From Thermoplasmata archaeon (lineage in GTDB: Archaea > Thermoplasmatota > Thermoplasmata > Lutacidiplasmatales > UBA184): a stretch of 64,000 nucleotides of DNA. The DNA lies in contig JASHSU010000152.1 in NCBI GenBank assembly GCA_030038605.1, positions 285-64,284 on the forward strand, read 5' to 3'. The position numbers and the translations under genes were made by a program. Each line of letters opens with the position of its first letter. Within the stretch, counting starts at the first letter, position 1. A model generated the notes under the pieces. That model saw only the letters and a list, made by a program, of their open reading frames with translations, did no database searches and was not told the origin of the DNA. Below, one piece after another: positions 7,577 through 17,979 of this stretch.

Positions 7577-9887
7577 CGTCCAGCGCCGACTGCACGACCT
7601 GCTCCGGCGAGCGGTACGGTCCCCGTGCGACGGGTCCTCCGTACCCCCATCGGGCGAGCAGGTCGTCCCGGACGATGCCGAACGGCCCGAGCAGCGTCTC
7701 CGCGTCCCGGGCGAGGAGCTCCAGGTACGCGTCCGGGTCGTACCCCTCGTGGCCGTCCAGCAGTTCCTCCGGCCGGACCCGGTCCCGGTAGGAGCGGCTC
7801 GTCCGGTCGAGGATGACGTAGCGGACCGTCTGCCCCGCCTCCCGGCGCACGCCCTCCCGCTCGAGCTGGCGGAGGGCCGCCACCGAGTCGGTGAACGTGA
7901 CGAAGGCGTCGCTCGCCTGCCCGAGCCGGTGCGTGATGACGAGCTCGTCGACCGGCCAGGTCCCGGCGCGGACCTGCGCGGCGAAATCGTCGGCCCGCCG
8001 CAGCGCGACCGGCAGGAGCGCCCGGAACGCGTCCGGTCCCCCCGCCGGACCGAACAGGTTCAGCATCTCTCCCTCGAACCGGCGGACGAGCCCGGTCGTG
8101 TCGTGCCGGCGGCCCCCGATCCCCCGGAGCTTGAACTCGCCGCTCTCGTAGACGCCGTAGTAGCGGTTCGGGACGCCGAGCCCGTGGGTCACGGCTGGCA
8201 GGAAGACGATCCACCGGTACCGGCCCTCGTAGCCGAGCGGCAGCCCGGTCCGCGCGCTCACCGACCGCGCGAACCCCTCGGGGTCCGGCGGGTGCGTGGG
8301 GTCGGTCGGGGCGAGCCAGAGCGAGTCGACGATCCCGTGCACGACCCGGTACCCGGCCCGCTCCGCGGCCGGTACCAGGTCGGCCAGCAGCTCGCGGGCG
8401 TAGGCGTTGATCGCCTCGTGGCACTCGATCCGGCCGAACCGGGCGTTCCGGTACCCCTGGTAGCCGAACGCGGTCACGAGGATCCACTTGAGCATCTTGA
8501 CCCGGCCGACCAGGCGCGCCCGTTCCTCGGCCGGGAGGTGCGGGTCCTTGACCGCCGCCTTGTAGGCGAGCCGCCGGGCGAGCAGCGGCTCCAACGTGCG
8601 CGGGATGAGCCCGACCGTCCGGGTGCACGAGCGGTAGCCGAGCCCCGGCGCCCGGATCGGGCTGGTCGGGCAGCACCGGCACTCGAGCGTCTCCGCCGAG
8701 AGGTTCTTCCGGACCATGATGTGGGGAAAGAGGCTCGCGAAGTCGAACTCGTCCACCGGGCCGAAGACGCCGACCGGCGGGACGAAGATCACGCCGCCCC
8801 GGTCGGCGGCGACCAGGCGGTCCGCGCGGCGGAACGACTCGGGCCGGTTCTTCTTCCACGGCACGTGGAACCCGCGGCGGAGCGCCTCGGCCATCTCCAT
8901 CGCGGTGAAGCACGTCCCGGGCGACTGGCGCGCGACGGTCGAGAGGGAGAGACGGGAGAGCCGTGCCGCGTCCACGAGGCCGGCCAGGTCGGCGTCGTCG
9001 AACAGGAACGAGTTCTCGCGGTCCAGGTGGAACCGGCCCGGGACCGGGTAGGTCGCCGCCCGGTAGAGGATCCGGCCGTACGTCGCGAACGAGCGGGCCG
9101 CCCGCGCCGGACGGAACCCCACGGGTTCGCGTCCGAGGGCGAAGGCGTCGGGTCCGAGGCCCAGGGCGGCGGCGCGCCGGTAGAGCCACGGCACGTCCCG
9201 CGCGTCGCCCCCGCGGGTCAGCAGCACGTCCGGGTCGGCGCGGGCGAGCTCGCCGACGAGCGCGCGGAGCAGGTCCTCCTCCGGACCCTCCAGCGTGACG
9301 TCCCCGAGCCGGACGGCGGCGACCGTCCCCTCGTTCGGTGGCAGACGGCCGTGGTGCGGGCCGGTGAGCGTCACCTCGAGACGCGCCGTGACGAGCGGGG
9401 GGAACGTGTAGTCGACCGTCTCCGCCGGCTCGGTCGCGGTGAGCCGGGCGCCCCGGCCCACGACCGGGGCGAACGGGTAGAGTCCGTGGGCCAGGTAGTA
9501 GAGCTGCGGCGGCCCCAGGTCGACGTCGAAGAGCGTGAACCGCACGAAGCCGCCGAGCGTGTCGACCGTGCGGGCGAGGGCACGGCGCTGCGCGTTCCGG
9601 ACCGGCACGACCTCGAGCACGGTCCGCGGACGGTGGTCGAAGACCGACGGGCGGAGGACGACCGGGCGCACGCGCTCGACCGTCGGACGCCCCGCGAGGC
9701 GCGGGAGGAGGTCGGTGAGGTCGCGCCGCGACCCCGCGACGTAGAACGGCGGCCGGTACTCGACCGCGGTGCGCCGCACGCGGCCGGTCGTCCGCTCCTT
9801 CGTCCAGAGGACGACCGAGCGGCCGTCCGAGCTCTCCGTGATGTCGAGGAGCCAGGCGTCCGGGAGCGGCCCGGCGGCGCCGGTCAC
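7548..9887 (-). CDS. Family B DNA polymerase paralog with divergent catalytic motifs (possibly inactivated). GTG start at 9887.
   Basis: PolB-type N-terminus (LLDITESSDGRSVVLWTKE...YRPPFYVAG). Motif A-like DFASLFPHIM, motif B-like KWILVTAFGYQGY, and motif C region VVHGIVDSLWL in place of YGDTDS, followed by the KxY-region LPLGYEGRYRWIVF. Confidence 0.6.
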   Translation of the reverse strand: MTGAAGPLPDAWLLDITESSDGRSVVLWTKERTTGRVRRTAVEYRPPFYVAGSRRDLTDLLPRLAGRPTVERVRPVVLRPSVFDHRPRTVLEVVPVRNAQRRALARTVDTLGGFVRFTLFDVDLGPPQLYYLAHGLYPFAPVVGRGARLTATEPAETVDYTFPPLVTARLEVTLTGPHHGRLPPNEGTVAAVRLGDVTLEGPEEDLLRALVGELARADPDVLLTRGGDARDVPWLYRRAAALGLGPDAFALGREPVGFRPARAARSFATYGRILYRAATYPVPGRFHLDRENSFLFDDADLAGLVDAARLSRLSLSTVARQSPGTCFTAMEMAEALRRGFHVPWKKNRPESFRRADRLVAADRGGVIFVPPVGVFGPVDEFDFASLFPHIMVRKNLSAETLECRCCPTSPIRAPGLGYRSCTRTVGLIPRTLEPLLARRLAYKAAVKDPHLPAEERARLVGRVKMLKWILVTAFGYQGYRNARFGRIECHEAINAYARELLADLVPAAERAGYRVVHGIVDSLWLAPTDPTHPPDPEGFARSVSARTGLPLGYEGRYRWIVFLPAVTHGLGVPNRYYGVYESGEFKLRGIGGRRHDTTGLVRRFEGEMLNLFGPAGGPDAFRALLPVALRRADDFAAQVRAGTWPVDELVITHRLGQASDAFVTFTDSVAALRQLEREGVRREAGQTVRYVILDRTSRSYRDRVRPEELLDGHEGYDPDAYLELLARDAETLLGPFGIVRDDLLARWGYGGPVARGPYRSPEQVVQSALDGAAASGGTF

Positions 9888-10138
9888 CGGCGCGGCGCCG
9901 GGGCCGTCCCGTCCGCCGGCAGCCGGCGGGCCAGGTCCAGGAGGACGGAGAGGAGGATCGACTCCAGGAGGTCGGGGCTCCCCACGTACGTCGCCTGGGC
10001 GACGTAGCGCCGGGCGCCGAGGCGGAGCGTCTCGAACGCCGCCCGCTCCTCGGGCGTCGTCAGGAGGCGCGCGAACTCGTCCCAGCGCTTCAGCCGCTCC
10101 TCGAGGGCCTGCCGGTAGGTCGGGACGGTGCGTCCCAC
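9884..10138 (-). CDS. Small hypothetical protein (84 aa) with a GTG start preceded by a strong Shine-Dalgarno
   Basis: GGAGGTGA at 10150-10143, then 4 nt to GTG at 10138. Its stop overlaps the PolB-like GTG start (GTGA). It is the non-low-complexity C-terminal part of track ORF 9884..10777. Confidence 0.35.
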   Translation of the reverse strand: MGRTVPTYRQALEERLKRWDEFARLLTTPEERAAFETLRLGARRYVAQATYVGSPDLLESILLSVLLDLARRLPADGTAPAPRR

Positions 10139-10956
10139 GCGATCACCTCCCCGGCGGCTCCGCCGCCGAACTCCTCGATGCCCCGCTGGCCGGGCGGTCG
10201 CGCGACCAGCCGCAGGTGCGCGTCGTCCCGGAGGGCCCGGAGCGTGAGCGAGCCCGGGGCCCGGGCGAACGTCACCAGGTCGCACCAGAGCGGCCCGGCG
10301 TCCCCCAGGCCGGGAAAGCTGGCCGCCCCGGTCGGGTCGAGGGTCAGGAGGAGGGGAAGGCGCAGCGACTCGGCCAGCGTGCGGAGCGATCCCGCGACGT
10401 GGCGGAGGAGCGACGCGCGCTCGTCCGGCGGGACGTCGTCGATGGAGAAGGCGGCCGGCAGGTCGTGGCCGACGAGCAGGGTCGGCGGGTGGCGGCGGGC
10501 CTCGGCCGACCAGGCGTCCACGAGCGCGACCATCTGGTAGGCGGTGAACGAGCGGGCGAGGCGGATCCGTCGCAGGACCTCGGCGGCGTCCACGCCGAGC
10601 CCCCGGCCGACCTCGCCGAGCCGGTAGGGCAGGAAGTGGTTCGCCCCCTCGAGCAGCGAGATGCGGCCGCGACCGAGCGCGTTGCCGGCGTAGAGGAGCT
10701 CCAGGATGGGGTCGAGGGCGGCGCGCGGGCCGGTCCAGAGCGTGAGCTGGCCCGGCGCGAACCGACGGGCGAGCCACGGGAACAGCGCGGGCGCGGACGG
10801 CAGACCGGCGAGCGGACGGGCCTGGCGGGGCCGCGGCGCGAGCCGGATGCGGACGGGCAGTCGCGGCGGGCGGACCCGCGTCGTCTCGGGGACGAACGGG
10901 ACCGGCTCGCTCGTCTCCTCGAACAGCGGGGACGGAAGGGGGAACGTATCGAGCAT
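10090..10956 (-). CDS. Hypothetical protein (288 aa)
   Basis: Globular-looking sequence (RISLLEGANHFLPYRLGEVGRGLGVDAAEVLRRIRLARSFTAYQMVALVD...). It is co-directional with, and overlaps, the small ORF and the PolB-like gene. No family was recognised. Confidence 0.4.
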   Translation of the reverse strand: MLDTFPLPSPLFEETSEPVPFVPETTRVRPPRLPVRIRLAPRPRQARPLAGLPSAPALFPWLARRFAPGQLTLWTGPRAALDPILELLYAGNALGRGRISLLEGANHFLPYRLGEVGRGLGVDAAEVLRRIRLARSFTAYQMVALVDAWSAEARRHPPTLLVGHDLPAAFSIDDVPPDERASLLRHVAGSLRTLAESLRLPLLLTLDPTGAASFPGLGDAGPLWCDLVTFARAPGSLTLRALRDDAHLRLVARPPGQRGIEEFGGGAAGEVIAWDAPSRPTGRPSRSG

Positions 10957-11052
10957 CGCCGACCGGGACCGTTCGACGGCCGCGGCGGCTCTAAAGCGAC
11001 CGCTCGGGGGATGTTGAAACGGGTCGGGAACGGCCCGTTCCCGGGCGCCGCC

Positions 11053-11817
11053 TCAGTCCAGTCGGGACCGGCTCGCGGGTCGGGACAGCCCCAGCAGTTC
11101 GGAGAGCGATCGGGCGTTCACGGCCGCATCCCCGCGGAAATGGTTGTTGAAGAATCCGTAGACGACGTCGACCTTCTCGGCGAGCGTCCGGACCTGGGGC
11201 GCCCACGCCTCCAGTTGGGACGGCGTGTAGGTGTAGTCGTACCAGAGCGGGGCGCCGTGCCCGTGCCACCGCACGTAGGCGAACGGCGCCGTCACCTCGA
11301 GCTGCGCCGGCAGGTGGGGCTCGTCGGCGACGACGTAGGCGAACCCGAACTCCCGGAGCAACTCGAACGACGCCGGCACGACCCAGGACCGCTCCCGGAA
11401 CTCGACCGCGACCGGCAGGTCCCGCGGCAGGGAGGCGTAGAACGCCCGCACCGTGGCGGGCTCGAACGGGAGCGACGGCGGCAGCTGCAGGAGCGCCGCC
11501 ACGAACTTGCCGGCCCGGCGCATCGGGTCGAGCACGGCCAGGAACCGGCGGACCTCCTCGTCGGTCCCGACCAGGCGGAGGTCGTGCGTGATCGTCTGGG
11601 GAAACTTCGCCGCGAACCGGAACGAGGGCGGCGTCCTCCGTACCCACGACTCGGCGACGGCCGGGGGCGGCAGCCGGTAGAACGTCGAGTTGACCTCGAC
11701 GATTGGGAAGAGACCGGCATAGTACCGCAACCGGTCCGACGTCCCGTGCTTGGGGTAGACCCGCCCGACCCACTCCGGATAGTCCCAGCCACTCGTCCCG
11801 AGCCGGATGTCGCCCAC
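11053..11817 (-). CDS. DUF72 (UPF0759/YecE) family protein
   Basis: MGDIRLGTSGWDYPEWVGRVYP...FPIVEVNSTFYRLP...YVRWHG is the canonical DUF72 signature. Confidence 0.7.
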   Translation of the reverse strand: MGDIRLGTSGWDYPEWVGRVYPKHGTSDRLRYYAGLFPIVEVNSTFYRLPPPAVAESWVRRTPPSFRFAAKFPQTITHDLRLVGTDEEVRRFLAVLDPMRRAGKFVAALLQLPPSLPFEPATVRAFYASLPRDLPVAVEFRERSWVVPASFELLREFGFAYVVADEPHLPAQLEVTAPFAYVRWHGHGAPLWYDYTYTPSQLEAWAPQVRTLAEKVDVVYGFFNNHFRGDAAVNARSLSELLGLSRPASRSRLD

Positions 11818-11850
11818 GGTCCGTCCGTCCGCCGAACGGCCCGGACCGGG

Positions 11851-12592
11851 TTAACCTCTGTCGGGAGGTCGCGAAACGCCCGCCGACCGCTCCAGCGCGC
11901 GGAGGACCGGTCCGGGCCGAACGCGAACCGGCGCCGTCGGCATGCGCGGCAGGGCCCGGAGGATCCGGTCGACGACCCGCTGCGGTGACCCGCCGCCGGA
12001 CACCCACCGGAGTCGACCGCGTAGACGGGGGGCCAGGACCGTTCGGAAGATGCTCGCCTCCGTGACCGCCACGCGTTGATGCCGGCGCTGCAGCGAGGGC
12101 GGGTGGCCTCGAGGGTCGTCCCGGGCTCGTCGGCCCCGCTCCGTCTCGTGTACGCGGAGGACCAGGGTCACATCCGGCAATCCCCAGTGGTCGACCTCGA
12201 TATCCCGGCGGGCCGTCCGGAAGAGGGCGGTGAGCACGGGGGGGCTGGCCAGTCCGGCGTCCTGCAGTCCGGCGGTGTACGTCAGCGGGCCGAAGAGGCC
12301 CGTGTCGAGGACGACCCGGCGACCGGCTCGCGCGTGCCGACGGGCGAGGCGGTACCGGTGCGTCTCTTCCCAGAACAACCGCTGTTCCAGACGGAGGAGC
12401 TCGCGGTCGGACGTCCAACGCAGGGAGGGACGGGGCCGGACCCGCTCGTAGGCCTCGGCGACGTAGACGGCGCCGAGACGTTCGGCCAGGAGGCGGCTGA
12501 CCCGGGTCTTGCCGGCCGCGGAGGGGCCCTCGATCGCGATGACCTGTCCGGGCACAGGCGTCGTCCAACCGCCGGTCGGCTTTAGGGTGCGA
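11851..12592 (-). CDS. P-loop nucleoside/nucleotide kinase-like protein. The start is uncertain; no ATG is present and a GTG near 12592 is possible.
   Basis: Walker A in kinase context VIAIEGPSAAGKTRVSRLLAERLGAVYV. It lies divergently from folP. Confidence 0.45.
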
Positions 12593-12633
12593 GCCACGAC
12601 CCGACTTTTATCGCCTAGGTCGCTCGGGCGAGC

Positions 12634-13788
12634 GTGCCCCCCCGCACCGGACCCGACGGGTCCCCCCACCAGTTCGGCGCCCGAGTCGTCGGGCCCGACC
12701 GCCCCGACCCGTGGCCAGCCGTGGTGTCGGTCGCGCTGCGGCGCGTGCCCGAGGACGTGTATCCGTCCCTCCAGAGCGAGGTGGAGAACGCCGGTGGCGA
12801 GGTCCTGCCGGGCCCGTCTGACGGTTACCTGGTCGGCGGAGCGTTCGCGGTCTACGGCATCTGGGAGTCCGCGGCCGAGGAGCCCACCGTACGAGCCATC
12901 GCGGGTGAGGTGGGCCGCGCCTTGCGGGCCTACGTCCGCCACGGTACCCGCACGGTGCGTGCGGCCCATCGGACGTTCGTGGTCGGCGACCGGCCCCGGG
13001 TCCTCGGCGTCGTCAACGTGACGCCCGACTCGTTCTCCGACGGCGGGCAGTTCTTCGAGCCGGCCACCGCCGTGGCCCAGGCCCAGCGGCTGGTGGACGA
13101 GGGTGCCGACCTTCTCGACATTGGCGGCGAGTCGACGCGGCCCGGGGCGACTCCGGTCTCGCCCGAGGCCGAGTGGCGGCGCGTCGAGCCCGTGCTCCGG
13201 GGTCTGGCGGGACGAGTCGCCGTTCCGATCTCCATCGACACCCGGCATGCCGAGGTCGCCGAGCGGGCGGTGGACGCGGGGGCGGACGTCGTCAACGACG
13301 TGGAAGGTCTTCGGTCCGACGCGATGCGCGCTGCGGTCGCGCGGACTGGGGCGGCGGCGATCGTGATGCACATGCGGGGGACACCTGCCACGATGCAGGG
13401 CGACGTGACCTACGCCGACCTCCGCGGGGAGGTCTACGGCTGGCTGGCCGACCGCCTCGACGCGGCCCATGCGGACGGGATCGAGGCGGACCGCCTGCTC
13501 GTCGACCCGGGGCTGGGGTTTGGCAAGTCGCCCGAGCAGAGCCTGGAGCTCCTCGCCCACGCCCGAGAGTTCCGCGGCCTGGGCCCGCCGGTCGTGATCG
13601 GCGCCTCCCGCAAGTCGTTCCTCGGGAAGCTCACGGGCGGGACGACCCCTGGCGAACGGCTCGAGGCGGGTCTTGCGGCCGCGGTCCTCGCCGCCGCCCA
13701 GGGCGTCGAACTGGTCCGCGCGCACGACGTGCGTCCGACCGTGCGGGCGCTGTCGGTCGTCGCGGCGATGCGACCGCCGACCGACTGA
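12634..13788 (+). CDS. folP: Dihydropteroate synthase with a ~120-aa N-terminal extension. GTG start at 12634; the true start may be further downstream.
   Basis: Pterin-binding DHPS domain: VLGVVNVTPDSFSDGG...DIGGESTRPGA...ISIDT...VNDV...DPGLGFGKS...IGASRKSF. A TATA-like CTTTTATCGC at 12604-12613 lies upstream. Confidence 0.8.
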   Translation: MPPRTGPDGSPHQFGARVVGPDRPDPWPAVVSVALRRVPEDVYPSLQSEVENAGGEVLPGPSDGYLVGGAFAVYGIWESAAEEPTVRAIAGEVGRALRAYVRHGTRTVRAAHRTFVVGDRPRVLGVVNVTPDSFSDGGQFFEPATAVAQAQRLVDEGADLLDIGGESTRPGATPVSPEAEWRRVEPVLRGLAGRVAVPISIDTRHAEVAERAVDAGADVVNDVEGLRSDAMRAAVARTGAAAIVMHMRGTPATMQGDVTYADLRGEVYGWLADRLDAAHADGIEADRLLVDPGLGFGKSPEQSLELLAHAREFRGLGPPVVIGASRKSFLGKLTGGTTPGERLEAGLAAAVLAAAQGVELVRAHDVRPTVRALSVVAAMRPPTD

Positions 13789-13794
13789 GCCGGC

Positions 13795-13971
13795 TCAGCG
13801 CAGCGGCTCACCGTGCTCGTCGACCTCGATCTCGAGGACCAGCGCGCCGACATATCCGCACTTCTGACAGGTGTAGACGGCGCCGGTGATCCCCGCCGTC
13901 GCCTGGAAGATCGGCCCCGAGTTGCACTGGGGGCAGACGAGGATCCGCTTACCCCGCGTCCGGCGTCGCAT
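13795..13971 (-). CDS. Small C4 zinc-ribbon protein (58 aa)
   Basis: Manual translation gives [58 protein letters not shown]. Its start overlaps the last 23 nt of gyrA. It is below the track cut-off. Confidence 0.4.
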   Translation of the reverse strand: MRRRTRGKRILVCPQCNSGPIFQATAGITGAVYTCQKCGYVGALVLEIEVDEHGEPLR

Positions 13972-16591
13972 CGTCGTCGCCTCCCTCCGAGGTCGGGTCG
14001 GGCGCCGGCTCGGACTCCTCGTCCTCCTCGGAATCGGTCGGTTCTTCGCCCTCCGACTCCGTCGCCGGCTCGGGCGCGCCGGACTCCCCCGCGTCGTCGG
14101 GCCCGGCGGGCGGCGTCGTGGCGCCTCCGGTACCGCCCTCTTCGGGGGAAGGCAGGATAACGGCGTCGCGGACCTCGTCGCCCTCGTCCAGTCGGATGAC
14201 GCGGACCCCCATCGTGTCTCGGCCCTGGGAGCGGATCCCCTTGACCGCCATGCGGATCGTGATGCCGTTCTTGGTCGTCACCAGCATTTCGGAAGCGTCG
14301 GTCGTGGGCAGCACGGCGACGACGGAGCCGTTCCGGCCGCCGGTCTTGATCGTGCGGACCCCCTTGGCGCCGCGGGCGGTCTTGCGGTAGTCCTCGGTGG
14401 GGCTGCGCTTGCCGAACCCGCTGGACGTGAGCGTGAGCAGCGTCGGGAACTTCGCGTTCACCGGCGCCATCGCGACGACCTCGTCGCCCTTCTCCTCCGA
14501 GAGACGGACGCCGATGACGCCGTACGTCGCGCGGCCCATCGGCCGCACCTCGCCGAGCTCGAACCGGACCAACTGGCCCGCCCGGGTCGCCATGAGGATC
14601 TCGGTCGCCTCGTCGGCGACGAGCGCCACGTCGACCAGCTCGTCGCCCTCCTCGAGCAGGATCGCCTGGATGCCGTTGGTCCGGATGTTCTGGTACTGGT
14701 CGAGCGTCGTGCGTTTGACCAGGCCCCGCTTGGTCGCGAACAGGAGCGCCCCGTCACCGCCGAGGCCCCGGAGCGGCAGCAGCGTCTGGACCTTCTCGCC
14801 GGGCTTCAACTTCGGCAGGAGGTTGATGATCGCCTTGCCCTTGGACTGCCGGCTTCCCTCGGGCAGTTCGTAAGCGATGAGCCGGTAGACCCGGCCGAGC
14901 GTGGTCAAGAACAGGATGTCGTCGTGGGTCCGGGTGACGAAGGTGCGGATGACGAAGTCCTCTTCCTTCGTCTCGATCTGGCCGAGACCCCGGCCCCCGC
15001 GCCGCTGGCGCCGGTACTGTTCGAGCGGCAGGCGCTTCACGTACCCGTCGCGGGTGACGAGGACGACCACGTCCGAGTCCGGGATCAGGTCCTCGAGCGT
15101 GCGGGCGGTGAACGCCGGCACGATGCGGGTGCGCCGGGCATCGCCGTAGCGGGCCTTGAGGTCGTTCAGCTCCTCGACGATGAGGCCGTCCAGGAGCTTG
15201 GGGTCGGAGAGGATCGCCTGCAGGTGCTGGGCGAGCGCCTCTTTCTCGGCCTTCTCCGTCTCGACCGCCTCGCGCTCGAGCGCGGTCAGACGGGCGAGCC
15301 GCATGTCCAGGATCGCCTTCGCCTGCTCGGTGGAGAGCAGGAACCGGCCCATGAGGCTCGACTCGGCGGCGGGGACGTCCTTGGACCGCCGGATGATCTT
15401 GATCACTTCGTCGATGTGGTCGATGGCGGTGAGGAACCCTTCGAGCAGGTGCAGGCGCTCGGTCGTCTTTCGCAGGTCGAAGGTCGTCCGCCGCGTCAAG
15501 ATCCCGCGGCGGTGCGTCAGGTGGAGCTCGAGCAGGTCCTTGAGCGGCAGGACCCGGGGCCGGTTGTCGACCAGGCAGAGGTTGATGACACCGAAGCTGG
15601 TCTCGAGCGGCGTGTGCTCGTAGAGCCGGTTGAGGATGATCTCCGCCGGCACGTCGCGACGCAGTTCGAGGACGACGCGCGTCCCGTCGCGGTCGGATTC
15701 GTCCCGCAGCTCGGTGACGCCGTCCAGCCGCTTCGACTTCACCAGGTCGGCGATCAGCTGGAGCAGCGAGGACTTGTTGACCTCGTACGGGATCTCCGTG
15801 ATGACGATCTCGTCGCGCCCCTCGCGCTCGCGGATGTCGGCGGTGCCCCGGAGATGGACCGTGCCCCGCCCGGTCGCGTACGCCTCGCGGATCCCCTCGG
15901 AGGAGAGGTACCCGCCGCCGGGGAAATCCGGACCGGGCAGGACCTTCATGATCGCGTCCAGGTCCGACTCCGGGTGGTCGAGCAGCAGCAGCAGCGCGTC
16001 CGCGACCTCGTTGAGTCGGTGGGGTGGCATGTTGGTCGCCATGCCGACCGCGATACCGGCCGAGCCGTTCACCAGCAGGTTCGGGACCTTGGACGGAAGG
16101 ACCAGCGGCTCCTTGAGCGACCCGTCGAAGTTGTCGCCCCATTCGACCGTCTCCTTCTCCAAGTCGGCGAGGCTCTCCTCGGCGAGCGCCGAGAGCCGGG
16201 CCTCGGAGTACCGCATGGCGGCGGGCGCGTCGCCGTCGATCGAGCCGAAGTTCCCCTGCCCATCGATGAGCGGGTAGCGCAGGCTGAACGGCTGGGCCAT
16301 CCGGACCAGCGCCTCGTAAACGGCCTGGTCCCCGTGGGGATGGTACTTGCCGAGCACGTCGCCGACGGTGCGCGCGCTCTTGCGGTAGGGTCGGTCGTGG
16401 GTCGCTCCCGACTCCCACATCGACCAGAGGATGCGACGCTGGACCGGTTTCAACCCGTCCCGTCCGTCGGGCAGGGCCCGCCCGACGATGACGCTCATCG
16501 CGTAATCGATGTACGAGCGATGCATCTCGCCCTCGAGCGCGTGGTCGGTCACGCGGTCGATGGGCTTCGGAGCGGCGGGCGCCTCGCTCAT
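13949..16591 (-). CDS. gyrA: DNA gyrase subunit A
   Basis: N-terminal catalytic blocks ([32 protein letters not shown]), a GyrA-box QRRGGRG in the C-terminal beta-pinwheel domain, and an acidic tail. The ATG overlaps the upstream stop as ATGA. Confidence 0.9.
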   Translation of the reverse strand: MSEAPAAPKPIDRVTDHALEGEMHRSYIDYAMSVIVGRALPDGRDGLKPVQRRILWSMWESGATHDRPYRKSARTVGDVLGKYHPHGDQAVYEALVRMAQPFSLRYPLIDGQGNFGSIDGDAPAAMRYSEARLSALAEESLADLEKETVEWGDNFDGSLKEPLVLPSKVPNLLVNGSAGIAVGMATNMPPHRLNEVADALLLLLDHPESDLDAIMKVLPGPDFPGGGYLSSEGIREAYATGRGTVHLRGTADIREREGRDEIVITEIPYEVNKSSLLQLIADLVKSKRLDGVTELRDESDRDGTRVVLELRRDVPAEIILNRLYEHTPLETSFGVINLCLVDNRPRVLPLKDLLELHLTHRRGILTRRTTFDLRKTTERLHLLEGFLTAIDHIDEVIKIIRRSKDVPAAESSLMGRFLLSTEQAKAILDMRLARLTALEREAVETEKAEKEALAQHLQAILSDPKLLDGLIVEELNDLKARYGDARRTRIVPAFTARTLEDLIPDSDVVVLVTRDGYVKRLPLEQYRRQRRGGRGLGQIETKEEDFVIRTFVTRTHDDILFLTTLGRVYRLIAYELPEGSRQSKGKAIINLLPKLKPGEKVQTLLPLRGLGGDGALLFATKRGLVKRTTLDQYQNIRTNGIQAILLEEGDELVDVALVADEATEILMATRAGQLVRFELGEVRPMGRATYGVIGVRLSEEKGDEVVAMAPVNAKFPTLLTLTSSGFGKRSPTEDYRKTARGAKGVRTIKTGGRNGSVVAVLPTTDASEMLVTTKNGITIRMAVKGIRSQGRDTMGVRVIRLDEGDEVRDAVILPSPEEGGTGGATTPPAGPDDAGESGAPEPATESEGEEPTDSEEDEESEPAPDPTSEGGDDDATPDAG

Positions 16592-17979
16592 GCGGCACCG
16601 CCGAGATGGAGTTGGGCGGCGACGATCCGGTCGGCCTCGTCGAGGAACCGGTCGCGCGAGCCGGCCGGGATGGTCGCGCCGCTCGCGACCTTGTGGCCGC
16701 CGCCCTCCCCGCCGACGGCCGCGGCGGCGCGCCGCAGGGCGTCGGCGAGGTCCAGGCCCTGGGCGACCAGGCGCAGCGTGCCCCGGCCGCTCAACTTGAT
16801 CGGGCCGTTCGTGCCGCCGGAAAAGACGACAACGGGCTTGTCCGGGGGCAGGAGGTAGTTCATCGCCATGCCGGCCTGAGTCCCCGCCAGGGGAGTCTCC
16901 TGGCTCTCGAACCAGCGCAGGGCCTTCCGCTCATTTACGCCCTGCTCTTCCAACCGCACCAGCGTTCGCAGGATGCCCTGGCGCCACCGGTCCTCCTCGG
17001 TCTCGGCGCGGGTGAACGCCGACGCGTCCCCGAGCGCCATCGCGACCCCGACGCCCGGGGTGCCGGCGCGGCCGGTCGCGCTCTGCAGGTTAGAGAGTTC
17101 CTCCGCGTCGCGCTCGAGACCCGGCAGGTACCACCGCTCCTGGTCGACCATCGCGACGAACTCGGGTAGCACCCCCGTCGATTCGAGCCGGTGACGCAGG
17201 GCGGCGACGAGACGGCCGCGGGCGTCCGAGGCGAGGGACGAGGGGGGCAGCGAGGGGTCGATCTCCAGTTCACGGAGAAAGGCGTCGACGGCCGGCCGAC
17301 GTCCCGAGAGGCCACGGTAGTACGGGTCGATGCTCGCCGTCACGGCGGCACCGACCGTGGGACCCAGGAGCGCGACGCCGGGGCGGCGGACGACCAACGA
17401 CCGGCGGACCGCTTCGTCCACCAGGATCCCGTTCAGCCCCCGAAACCCACCGACATGCTGGCGGTCCCCGATCCCGCCGGAGAGTCCCCAGGGCGCGTTG
17501 TCCCAGTTGAGCGGGTCCAAGAAGACGGTGAACAACCAGGTCAGGGTCGCGGCACACATCTCCTCCATCCCGTTGACGCCCCAGTCCAGCGGGTTGACGA
17601 ACGCGACGTGCGGGGGAAGGTCCGGAGGATGGGGGGCGGAGGGGTAGGTGTGGTGGTCGAGGACGACGACCGGGAACGGGTGGCCGGGGTACAGGTCCAG
17701 CCAGGCCGCGCCGGTGTCGACAATGAGCACGGGTCCCTTCGTGGCGCCGAGCAGCGACTGCATCTTTTCGCGCTCGACGCCGATGAGCGGGCTCAACTGG
17801 ACCGGATAGCCGAGACGGCCGAAGGCGCGGACCGCGCTCGAGGCACTGGCGATCCCGTCCGCGTCGTAATGGTAGATGACCCGCCAACGGCGGGGGTTCG
17901 CGAGTACGAGCCCACGGGCCCGCTCGAATTCTCGGCCGTACTGGGGGTCCGGGACGAACGCGTCCGGGCCCGAGGGCAT
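16588..17979 (-). CDS. RecJ-like DHH/DHHA1 phosphoesterase (archaeal RecJ/GAN/Cdc45-like family). The start is taken as the internal Met at 17979.
   Basis: DHH motifs [12 protein letters not shown] and VVLDHH, and DHHA1 GGGHKVASG. Its start shares a nucleotide with the S15 stop (TGATG). Confidence 0.75.
   Translation of the reverse strand: MPSGPDAFVPDPQYGREFERARGLVLANPRRWRVIYHYDADGIASASSAVRAFGRLGYPVQLSPLIGVEREKMQSLLGATKGPVLIVDTGAAWLDLYPGHPFPVVVLDHHTYPSAPHPPDLPPHVAFVNPLDWGVNGMEEMCAATLTWLFTVFLDPLNWDNAPWGLSGGIGDRQHVGGFRGLNGILVDEAVRRSLVVRRPGVALLGPTVGAAVTASIDPYYRGLSGRRPAVDAFLRELEIDPSLPPSSLASDARGRLVAALRHRLESTGVLPEFVAMVDQERWYLPGLERDAEELSNLQSATGRAGTPGVGVAMALGDASAFTRAETEEDRWRQGILRTLVRLEEQGVNERKALRWFESQETPLAGTQAGMAMNYLLPPDKPVVVFSGGTNGPIKLSGRGTLRLVAQGLDLADALRRAAAAVGGEGGGHKVASGATIPAGSRDRFLDEADRIVAAQLHLGGAA

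Noticed and set aside
6852-10007. 1051-aa ORF 6852..10007(+) and 603-aa ORF 7378..9189(-)
   Set aside because: They overlap the HEAT-repeat and PolB-like genes. The translations are low-complexity (RRPG-type) with no motif content.
11020-11036. Imperfect palindrome GGGAACGgccCGTTCCC downstream of the DUF72 gene as a terminator
   Set aside because: A 7-bp stem with a 3-nt loop is possible, but there is no adjacent oligo-T tract on the relevant strand. Not reported as a feature.
13886-16858. 990-aa ORF 13886..16858(+) and 614-aa ORF 14754..16598(-) across gyrA
   Set aside because: gyrA (13949..16591 minus) is unambiguous. These are alternative-frame or antisense ORFs with no stop codons because of GC bias.
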